In this document: positions 16,360-24,442 of the stretch, piece by piece | How positions within the stretch are numbered: position 1 is the first letter of the stretch | Layout: each line of letters begins with the position of its first letter | NCBI GenBank assembly: GCA_964389655.1 | Contig: CAYMED010000009.1 | Coordinates: 1-64,000 of the forward strand | Direction of reading: 5' to 3' | Origin: an uncultured Candidatus Poseidoniales archaeon | GTDB taxonomy: Archaea > Thermoplasmatota > Poseidoniia > Poseidoniales > CAYMED01 | DNA length: 64,000 bases | The notes under the pieces: model-generated | What the model was told of the DNA's origin: nothing | The model's database searches: none | The model's input: only the letters and a program-made list of their open reading frames with translations | Position numbers and translations under genes: made by a program

Positions 16360-18165
16360 TTAATCACTCCAATCGTCAAATAGCGACCAAATATCCTGTT
16401 CCGCTAGATCGACTACATCTGGCCCTATATGAAGAATCTCAAACAGGGCCAATCCGAGTGCAACGTCTGGTTGAGAGCGTAACGCACTCGCCATTTTGGA
16501 ATGTCGGACCAATACTGAATCGATGATCTGCCTAGAACTCGAATAAACCTCTTGCAGAATGGTAGGTGTGGTTGCAGTTCCTGCAGGAAGTTTGGGGCGG
16601 CGTATAATTGATCGGGGTAGGCGGCTATGGCTAGCAGCAAGGCGAAGTGCGATTTTTTCCGATGCTCCCGGATGACGCATATGAGGAGGAATTGTACGCG
16701 CTTTCTCAAGATGATCACGGCCCAAAAAGGGAACTCGAACTTCAAGTCCATGTGCCATTGAATGGCGATCCACAAGGCGAAGTTGGAAGTTCGACAATTG
16801 CCCACGACTCACCTCAAAGGACAAGGCTGATTCGAGATCACTAAAATCGGACATTGGATTGAGATTTTCATCGCGCCAAGGCTTGCCTAATCCAGCGGGT
16901 ACTGGTGCTAAAGTTCCCGACTCAGGATTTATAGGGAGATTACTCATTGAAGCCAGCCGTGAAGCGACCAGTGCCTGATGCCTAGACAAATCTCGGTGTC
17001 GAGGGTAGCCTGCATGAAGTTCATCCGATCCCTGTCCACACAACCCTACTTTTCTCCCAGAGGATGCCAATGAGAATAAAGGATGGAAAAAGGCAACTGA
17101 GGTATCAAGGTCTTCGCCATGCCACACCATTGCTGGTATCGCAGTTTCTAGGTCGCTCATCTCGATCACCCTCGAGTGATGGGTCATTTCCAATATCGAT
17201 GCAACATCATCTGCAGCTAACCAATCGGGGTTATCCTCGGATTCTGCCACAGTCCATGCTACAGGAGGGTCCATACTTTCTTCAAGAGATAATTCAGTTG
17301 CCAAGTCAGCAATCAAACTTGAATCAAGACCCCCTGAAAGTACAACCCCAAAGGGAACATCTGCCATGCGACGGTCATCCACACTTTTGCGAAGAGAAGA
17401 GAGGAGTTGGAAGGATGATGAATCATCCCAGTGCACGTCAGTGGTAGAAGGAGCCCATGTACTGCGGGTGGCTACTGAAACAAGACAGGGGTGGCCTTTA
17501 CCATCAATTTTCCAAACTTCAACTGAGCCGGGCCGGACTTGAGTGACGCCTTTCAGTAGAGTGGTCTCGTCAACTGGGTATTCATAGGCAATTCGCATTG
17601 CCATAGCTACTTCGTCGATCTCAGGAACATGGCTTGAATCAGCACGTAGTGCCTTAGCTTCGCTCGAAACAAGCAATCGGCCAGAAGGTGCTAGTGTTCG
17701 AACAAGCGGTTTGATGCCCATGGGATCTCTAGCAAGGATCAACTCTCGATCTACCGGAGACCAAAGGGCAAATGCATACATTCCATCGAGTTTTTTCACC
17801 CATTCAAGATGGGCTTCTGCGCGTTTTCTAGAAGGCACTAGAGATAGATCCGAACAATGTGCGTCATGCAAGGTCAAAATCGCTTCACTATCCGAGCGAG
17901 AAGTACGCGTACGTTGCGGGTACATTAGATGGATATTCAGATGGTTGTAAATTTCTCCATTTGAAACTAAAACAGCATTCCGTTCGCCATAAAGGGGTTG
18001 CTTACCCCCATCAAGGTCTACAATTGCAAGGCGTGTTTGACCAAGACCACAATCTTCGTCAACGTGAGTCCCAAATCCATCAGGGCCCCTATGTGCTAAG
18101 AAATGAACCATGCGCTCTAAAACGGCATGGGAAGGAGAACCGAGCACGGCGGCGATCCCACACAT
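16360..18165 (-). CDS. asnB: Asparagine synthase-like glutamine amidotransferase (AsnB family)
   Basis: N-terminal MCGI (Cys nucleophile fixes start at 18165), HRGPD, NGEIYN, LSGGLDSS, GSDELHAGY, EVRVPFL. Confidence 0.92.
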   Translation of the reverse strand: MCGIAAVLGSPSHAVLERMVHFLAHRGPDGFGTHVDEDCGLGQTRLAIVDLDGGKQPLYGERNAVLVSNGEIYNHLNIHLMYPQRTRTSRSDSEAILTLHDAHCSDLSLVPSRKRAEAHLEWVKKLDGMYAFALWSPVDRELILARDPMGIKPLVRTLAPSGRLLVSSEAKALRADSSHVPEIDEVAMAMRIAYEYPVDETTLLKGVTQVRPGSVEVWKIDGKGHPCLVSVATRSTWAPSTTDVHWDDSSSFQLLSSLRKSVDDRRMADVPFGVVLSGGLDSSLIADLATELSLEESMDPPVAWTVAESEDNPDWLAADDVASILEMTHHSRVIEMSDLETAIPAMVWHGEDLDTSVAFFHPLFSLASSGRKVGLCGQGSDELHAGYPRHRDLSRHQALVASRLASMSNLPINPESGTLAPVPAGLGKPWRDENLNPMSDFSDLESALSFEVSRGQLSNFQLRLVDRHSMAHGLEVRVPFLGRDHLEKARTIPPHMRHPGASEKIALRLAASHSRLPRSIIRRPKLPAGTATTPTILQEVYSSSRQIIDSVLVRHSKMASALRSQPDVALGLALFEILHIGPDVVDLAEQDIWSLFDDWSD

Positions 18166-18210
18166 TAACCGAAACCAAAGCACCCCCCATTCAAGGGCTT
18201 CGGATGACTC

Positions 18211-18843
18211 TCAAAAAAGCCAAGGTTGAAGATACAAAATCACTGCAAGAGGAATTAGTTGCATTGTAGCATTATCGTCAAGCCATTTTAGTTGAGGACG
18301 TTCTGCTGCAATACAAACCGGCGGCATCATTAGCACAAGGATCCAAGGGGTAGAGAAAAAATAACCACAGCAGATCCAAACAACCCAGGCTGAGGCAAGG
18401 CCAAATGTCCACGCTGCCCTTTCTCCAAGATCTGCGCGCCGTATTTCTCCGATGATTGGATCAGAAATAATAAGGGTCCATATGATTGGTAAGCCTAGTG
18501 CCCCAATATGCCTATTAGGCCCTGCATCAGGGAGTGTAAGAAAGACAAGACCCATGGACACAGCCCCCCAAGCAACTGCACTCGGCTGCCTCAATTCATA
18601 CTCTCTTTGGCCAAAAATTGGTATACCAATATACAGGCGTAGAATTTCAACCACGCAGACTAGCGCCACACATGACGTGACAAATTGGACGGGAGTCATG
18701 GAAAAAGGGCTCGATACTGCTTCCCCTTGGAAATAAAACATCCAAGGAAAAACCCCCATGCCAAGATGAACAAAACGGCGTACATAATGCCCATATCTAC
18801 CACCTACCGAACTGGTAGCATGATCCACATGAACTGACTTCAT
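18211..18843 (-). CDS. Dolichol/phytol kinase-like (CTP-transferase family) membrane protein
   Basis: RRFVHLG, REYE, SDPIIGE and LDDNATM motifs; multiple TMs. Confidence 0.65.
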   Translation of the reverse strand: MKSVHVDHATSSVGGRYGHYVRRFVHLGMGVFPWMFYFQGEAVSSPFSMTPVQFVTSCVALVCVVEILRLYIGIPIFGQREYELRQPSAVAWGAVSMGLVFLTLPDAGPNRHIGALGLPIIWTLIISDPIIGEIRRADLGERAAWTFGLASAWVVWICCGYFFSTPWILVLMMPPVCIAAERPQLKWLDDNATMQLIPLAVILYLQPWLF

Positions 18844-19718
18844 CCATCATCCCTTTCTGCAATTAATCTGATAAATTCGGCCTTCGGACTGCTGCCTGCG
18901 CATAGACGGTCAATTGCCTCGTCGAGCCCCGAATGGTTCAGAAGAAAAGACTCTGATTCGGCCAATAGTGAGGCACGTGCACGTGCCTTGCTTGTACCCG
19001 GTCTAACAGATAGATTTGCAAGGGCGTCGGCGAGTGTCTCCACCCCCTCACCCGTAAGACCAGAAGCGATGAAGACGGGAGGAGGACATTCCTCAAGCAC
19101 CAAAGATTGCTCTAAATTCTGGGCCGTGAGAAGAGCACTGGGGTCATCTGAACGAGTCACTACAACCGCATCTACAACTTCCAGCACACCTGCTTTTTCT
19201 GCCTGTATCGCATCACCTCTTCCAGGACCTTCGACAAGAACCAGCCGATCACAAACTGCCATAGCACGCACTTCATACTGCCCTGTACCAACCGTTTCAA
19301 TGATGATTCTCCTAAATCCACACTGGATCAATGCATCAGACATTGCCTCAACTGCGCTTGACAAACCACCACCAGAACCGCGGGATGCGACTGAACGGAC
19401 AAAAGCGTCTGGATGATCTGTAAATGCAGACATCCGGACGCGGTCGCCCAATAGTGCACCACCTGTGCGCGGAGATGAGGGATCAACAGCTAAAATTGCT
19501 ATAGGGCCTATGCCCGAATTAATCCAAGTTGAGGCCAAGGAATTTGCAATTGTAGATTTTCCAACACCAGGTGCGCCAGTCAACCCAATTTTCGACCATT
19601 CCTCGGTTGTAGGAGAGGAAGGAGGGATCCACTCACCAGATTCGGCGAGTGAAAGCAAGCGCCCAATAGAGCGACGATCACCTTCACGTGCTGCTGCGAG
19701 CCGCTCTTCAAGGTCCAC
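18840..19718 (-). CDS. meaB: Methylmalonyl-CoA mutase-associated GTPase MeaB/ArgK
   Basis: GLTGAPGVGKST, AVDPSSPRTGGALLGDRVRM, ETVGTGQ, GDAIQAEKAG. Confidence 0.93.
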   Translation of the reverse strand: MDLEERLAAAREGDRRSIGRLLSLAESGEWIPPSSPTTEEWSKIGLTGAPGVGKSTIANSLASTWINSGIGPIAILAVDPSSPRTGGALLGDRVRMSAFTDHPDAFVRSVASRGSGGGLSSAVEAMSDALIQCGFRRIIIETVGTGQYEVRAMAVCDRLVLVEGPGRGDAIQAEKAGVLEVVDAVVVTRSDDPSALLTAQNLEQSLVLEECPPPVFIASGLTGEGVETLADALANLSVRPGTSKARARASLLAESESFLLNHSGLDEAIDRLCAGSSPKAEFIRLIAERDDG

Positions 19719-19721
19719 TTT

Positions 19722-20165
19722 TCAACCCCCCCAAACCCAATTCGAGTCATCACCGACCCCAATTGGCTCGGGGTGCATTAAGGCAGCAGATACAAAGGAG
19801 ATGATTTCTAAACTCGTAGTCCCGGGCCCGAACAATGCGCGAATTCCACCTGAATATAATATCTCTCGGTCATTATTTGGGATAATCCCCCCCCCAAACA
19901 CAATCACATCATCCATCCCTAAAGCGCGTAATTCAGTACATACTTTAGGAAAAAGTGTGTTATGAGCACCTGAAAGACTAGACAGACCCAATAGACGAGC
20001 GTCCTCTTCAGCAACTGTTCGAGCGATCTGTCCTGGAGTTTGGCGTAAGCCAGTATAGATGACTTCATGCCCCGCATCTCTTAGGGCTCTCGCGACCACT
20101 TTTGCACCACGGTCATGGCCATCAAGCCCCGGCTTTGCGATCACGATGCGAGCGGAGTCATCCAC
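19722..20165 (-). CDS. Methylmalonyl-CoA mutase cobalamin-binding small subunit
   Basis: [35 protein letters not shown]; likely GTG start 20165. Confidence 0.93.
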   Translation of the reverse strand: MDDSARIVIAKPGLDGHDRGAKVVARALRDAGHEVIYTGLRQTPGQIARTVAEEDARLLGLSSLSGAHNTLFPKVCTELRALGMDDVIVFGGGIIPNNDREILYSGGIRALFGPGTTSLEIISFVSAALMHPEPIGVGDDSNWVWGG

Positions 20166-20288
20166 GTGACCGGATTGGCACTGCTGCTTCAAGGCGATCC
20201 CCCCAATGTATCAAACCACTATTGATAGAGGCTAATTGACTCATGAGATAGGGCAACCTATGAAGCCCAATAGACGCCCCTCAACTCC

Positions 20289-21842
20289 GTGGCGACTTCA
20301 AAGGACCGCACGAACGACCTACGCCGGCGCAAGGCAGTCGCAGAAGCGGGAGGCGGTGAAGCGAGGAAAAAAGCCCAGCATGAACGCGGTAAAATGACTG
20401 CGCGTGAACGACTTGACCAGTTCTTTGACGAAAATAGTTTCAACGAGGTTGATGCACTGGTTGAACACCGGTGTCGTGATTTTAACATGGACAGAAATGT
20501 GATACCAGGGGACGGTGTAGTTTGTGGCCACGGCACAGTCAGTGGAAGGCCTGTATTTGGATACGCTCAAGATTTCACCGTTTACGGGGGATCCCTCGGA
20601 GAGATGCATGGTCTGAAAATATGTAAGATACTCGACATGGCAATGAAGGCAGGTGCACCAGTAGTGGGCTTCAATGATAGTGGAGGTGCTAGAATCCAAG
20701 AGGGGGTAGCAAGTCTTGGCTCCTATGCAGAAATATTCTATCGGAACGTGCGCGCATCAGGAGTGATCCCGCAGATCAGTGTGATTTTAGGCCCATGTGC
20801 AGGAGGTGCCGTATATAGCCCTGCAATTACCGATTTTGTGATCATGGCAGAAGGAACCGCACACATGTTCATCACTGGGCCTGAGGTTATTCGCACAGTT
20901 ACAAATGAAATCGTTTCATTTGAAGAGCTGGGAGGTGCCCAAACCCACGCATCACGATCAGGAGTCGCACACCTGACCGCCGAAGATGATGAGAGCGCAA
21001 TTTCGCTTGCTCGTCAATTGCTGAATCACGTACCTTGCAACAACCTTGAACAGGCTCCCAATCAAGCAAGTTCTGATGTTGGATTACGGAATTGCCCTGA
21101 ACTTGCCGGCCTCATTCCTGAAGACCCGAACAAGCCATATGACGTGCATGATGTAATCACTTCAATTCTTGACAGAGGGGGTTTTCTTGAGATCCAACCT
21201 GAATGGGCCAAAAACATGGTCATAGGTTTTGGACACTTAGGCGAGAAATCAATAGGCGTTGTGGCAAATCAGCCGAATACACTTGCTGGGTGCATCGACA
21301 TTGATGCTGCTGTTAAATCTGCACGATTTGTCCGTTTCTGCGATGCATTCAACATCCCACTTCTTACCCTTGTCGATGTGCCAGGTTTTCTACCAGGATC
21401 CTCGCAAGAGTGGGGAGGAATAATCCGGCATGGGGCAAAATTGCTCTATGCATTCAGCGAGGCAACGGTCCCAAAAATGACAGTCATTCTCCGAAAAGCA
21501 TACGGAGGTGCTTACGACGTCATGTGTTCTAAGCATCTTCGAGGAGACTACAACATCGCATGGCCCTCCGCCCGGTTAGCTGTAATGGGAGCCGAAGGTG
21601 CGGTAGAGATCATCCATAAAAGACGAATTGCACATGCAACAGATTCCGAGGGTGAGCGGCAACGGTTGATTGATGATTATGATGAGCAGTTTGCAAACCC
21701 ATGGACAGGAGCTTCCCTAGGATATCTTGACGATGTCATCGATCCAACTGAGACAAGAAACTGCCTCATTAAGGCACTTGGAATGCTTGGTGGGAAAGAA
21801 GAAGCAAGACCGTCAAGAAAACACGGAAACATACCACTCTGA
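20289..21842 (+). CDS. pccB: Acyl-CoA (propionyl/methylmalonyl-CoA) carboxyltransferase subunit
   Basis: QDFTVYGGSLG, DSGGARIQEG, GPCAGGAVYSPA, DVPGFLPG, RKAYGGAY, RKHGNIPL. Confidence 0.95.
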   Translation: MATSKDRTNDLRRRKAVAEAGGGEARKKAQHERGKMTARERLDQFFDENSFNEVDALVEHRCRDFNMDRNVIPGDGVVCGHGTVSGRPVFGYAQDFTVYGGSLGEMHGLKICKILDMAMKAGAPVVGFNDSGGARIQEGVASLGSYAEIFYRNVRASGVIPQISVILGPCAGGAVYSPAITDFVIMAEGTAHMFITGPEVIRTVTNEIVSFEELGGAQTHASRSGVAHLTAEDDESAISLARQLLNHVPCNNLEQAPNQASSDVGLRNCPELAGLIPEDPNKPYDVHDVITSILDRGGFLEIQPEWAKNMVIGFGHLGEKSIGVVANQPNTLAGCIDIDAAVKSARFVRFCDAFNIPLLTLVDVPGFLPGSSQEWGGIIRHGAKLLYAFSEATVPKMTVILRKAYGGAYDVMCSKHLRGDYNIAWPSARLAVMGAEGAVEIIHKRRIAHATDSEGERQRLIDDYDEQFANPWTGASLGYLDDVIDPTETRNCLIKALGMLGGKEEARPSRKHGNIPL

Positions 21843-21855
21843 TGGAGACATATAA

Positions 21856-22038
21856 ATGATGAAGCAGCAAATTGCAGCAATGATTGCTGTCATTTATGTG
21901 CGAAACAGGCACGGCAAGCATGACCCTGCGTCTTCAGGCCGAAAATCAGGCACAGCGTGGGGAGAAGATCACAGAGGCCTGAGACTGGGAAGAGAATCAC
22001 TCCTCAATCAAAGGTCAAAAGGGCGGAACTGGAGGTGA
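21856..22038 (+). CDS. Small accessory (epsilon-like) subunit of acyl-CoA carboxylase
   Basis: IAAMIAV...AW...R pattern; lies between carboxyltransferase and BCCP; GGAG RBS. Confidence 0.55.
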   Translation: MMKQQIAAMIAVIYVRNRHGKHDPASSGRKSGTAWGEDHRGLRLGRESLLNQRSKGRNWR

Positions 22039-22042
22039 GATC

Positions 22043-22447
22043 GTGGGAGAAAAAATCGAAGTCGAAGTGGACGGAGAAATGTTCGAAGTAGATGTTGAAC
22101 AGAAAGATGATCTTTGGATTGCCAGAATCAATGGTGAAAAGCACGAAATCCGCATAAAAGGAGGAGATGTAAACGCCACTGTAACCCCTCGTAGAACACG
22201 CAGAAAAAGTGGGGGAGGAAAAATCACATCTAGCATGCCCGGTAAGGTGATCTCACTGCTTGTTGATGAAGGGGATTGTGTTGAAGAAGGAGATGTCTGC
22301 CTGATTCTTGAAGCAATGAAAATGCAAAATGAGATGCGCTCGCCAATCGGTGGAACAGTACGAAGCATCTCATGTGTCGAAGGAGAGTCTGTTGAGGCAA
22401 ACATGCCCCTAATGTTCATAGAAGCAAACGACGAGGCAACAGGTTGA
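22043..22447 (+). CDS. accB: Biotin carboxyl carrier protein
   Basis: SMPGKV and EAMKMQNE biotinylation motif; GGAGGTGA RBS. Confidence 0.93.
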   Translation: MGEKIEVEVDGEMFEVDVEQKDDLWIARINGEKHEIRIKGGDVNATVTPRRTRRKSGGGKITSSMPGKVISLLVDEGDCVEEGDVCLILEAMKMQNEMRSPIGGTVRSISCVEGESVEANMPLMFIEANDEATG

Positions 22448-22710
22448 ACCGATACGGATGGGGAGAGATGCACATGGGCGATGGAACTTGTGATTATCCT
22501 GAGTGTCGGGAGAATGGCAAGATCACCAGTCGCCTCTCGCCTGAGGGATTTCTAGTTGCTACAGGTAAACAAGCATACTCATTTCGAGAAGCTTATGTTC
22601 GATTTGAGTATTGCCGTGAGCACCATGATTTGCTCATGAAGACTGTTTGGTCACGTGTCCGCAAGACCGGAGACAAGGACGACGATCACGTCGCCCCAAC
22701 TGCCGTTTGA
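22444..22710 (+). CDS. Small hypothetical protein with possible Zn-binding motif
   Basis: CDYPEC ... CREHH; true start may be a downstream ATG. Confidence 0.5.
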   Translation: MNRYGWGEMHMGDGTCDYPECRENGKITSRLSPEGFLVATGKQAYSFREAYVRFEYCREHHDLLMKTVWSRVRKTGDKDDDHVAPTAV

Positions 22711-22715
22711 TGGAC

Positions 22716-24134
22716 TCAAGTATAGTGATCTATTGGCGCACACATATATTCCCTCAACAGGGATGTTGCATACCCACCAGGTGGTAAATTGAATCGGAAA
22801 CGGAGGCATGCCCCATGAGTATGGGAAAATTCTGAAGCGGGACCATCACTCCAGCGTTCACCCATCTCTTCAACAGGGAGGCGATTTACGGACTCAAACT
22901 CAAATTCATCTATTGCCTGCAAAGTTGCTCGGCGACTCCCCGAAGTTACTAGCCGAGACATGGAAGGAATGGACCAATCTACGCCATCAAGTCCAAGGTC
23001 TGTGATAATCGATCGCTCAAGGTCACCCGGTTCACCCTCTGCCATTTGTACATCAACGCCAGGTAAGGGTCCTGTAAGAACAACACGCCCGGCGCGGGCA
23101 TTTCGGCACAATCGGTCCAATGTGCGTTCAGTTACAACAACCGAGCGTGAAGTATCGGCACGTTGTTCGGTATCAAGAGCACACACAACGTCCCCAACCT
23201 TTGGTTCTAAGATCGACCAACCGAGGTCAATTCGCTTGGCGAGCCAGTGATTGAAGATCTTAGATTGCACAGCATGCGGCATCATGGTCAAAAGGCGATA
23301 GGGCAATTTTTTGAGAGCATAGACCCATTCACCTGGGCGTTGCAAAAGTGCTTCGACCATGCTGCGCTCATATCCTAAACGAGAAGGTGCTAGGTCAAGC
23401 ACGTCCTGAGTGGCTCCTTGCTCCCTCCACGCACTTCTAAACGACTGAGATTCATCAAAATCATGTAGTCCTGGAAGTCCGATATATTCTGAAATCGCAC
23501 TCTCCAAATCCCCACGGAGAATATATTCTCCAGAACGTGCAGTAACTGGGCGGCCAGCTCCAAAGCGTTGGGGCCCAATCCAATTTGGAACTGCATTTGG
23601 CCCAAGATTATGTTCTAATTTTGATCTGATAAGTTCCACATTTTGTAGCGCATCAACCACAGAAAGAGGCTCACCATTTGGTTCAGCACACCCACGTACA
23701 ACGACTGAAAAGCGATTTGCCCGATGGGATCCGAGACGGATTTTATGGTGTGTTCGGCCGATCACTTCAATACGCGTATCGCTAAGACTCACTGATTCAA
23801 CTGCAGCGGTGGGAGCATCGATAACCATCAGTTGAGTGGTAATCGCACGTTTATCTTTCGTTCCTGAATACCAAATCCGGTTCCTCGAGATCTTGCATGC
23901 TGCTGCGATTTTATGCACAAATCGGTGTGTTTCCCAATTTGTTAGATGGACCTTTGCAACTGTGAAACGCCCTTTGGGATCATTTGCAGGAGGACGAATA
24001 ATTTCTTCCACCCGAAAATCAGCATATCGGCATTTGAGGCGGCCCCCAATGCCTTTCTCATCATGCGCATATCTGTCTAAGCCAATTTCCGACTCAATGT
24101 CGGAGACATCCACCGAACTCACCACATTTAGCAA
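22716..24134 (-). CDS. truD: tRNA pseudouridine(13) synthase TruD
   Basis: DFRVEE, SGTKDKRAITTQ, NWIGPQRFG, FNLPPGGYATSLLRE. Confidence 0.95.
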   Translation of the reverse strand: MLNVVSSVDVSDIESEIGLDRYAHDEKGIGGRLKCRYADFRVEEIIRPPANDPKGRFTVAKVHLTNWETHRFVHKIAAACKISRNRIWYSGTKDKRAITTQLMVIDAPTAAVESVSLSDTRIEVIGRTHHKIRLGSHRANRFSVVVRGCAEPNGEPLSVVDALQNVELIRSKLEHNLGPNAVPNWIGPQRFGAGRPVTARSGEYILRGDLESAISEYIGLPGLHDFDESQSFRSAWREQGATQDVLDLAPSRLGYERSMVEALLQRPGEWVYALKKLPYRLLTMMPHAVQSKIFNHWLAKRIDLGWSILEPKVGDVVCALDTEQRADTSRSVVVTERTLDRLCRNARAGRVVLTGPLPGVDVQMAEGEPGDLERSIITDLGLDGVDWSIPSMSRLVTSGSRRATLQAIDEFEFESVNRLPVEEMGERWSDGPASEFSHTHGACLRFRFNLPPGGYATSLLREYMCAPIDHYT

Positions 24135-24403
24135 AGTTTGTTGAGGTCTGCTTGGAGGTCAGAGAATTCAGCCGATAAAGACTCGGATAACTCCCTAAGG
24201 ATATCCGCTGGGTCATTCCCTTTGGTAACTCGCACGAAAAGTTCAGGTTCATCGAGTTCACGATGCCCAAGAAAATAATTCACATAGTCGACATTCTTCA
24301 TGCCATCTAGACGTTGACGGAATAATTGCAAAGATGTATGGGTTTCACCGGGTAGCCGAAGTCGAAGTTCAAGGCCTTCCTGCAACAGGACTTTGATCGC
24401 CAT
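24128..24403 (-). CDS. rpoL: DNA-directed RNA polymerase subunit L (Rpo11)
   Basis: GETHTSLQL..VDYVNYFLGH...EPELFVR; start 24403 (MAIKV) rather than 24520. Confidence 0.8.
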   Translation of the reverse strand: MAIKVLLQEGLELRLRLPGETHTSLQLFRQRLDGMKNVDYVNYFLGHRELDEPELFVRVTKGNDPADILRELSESLSAEFSDLQADLNKLC

Positions 24404-24442
24404 GAACGGAGCGCACCAGCAAGCCCGCTTCAACCCTTTCGT

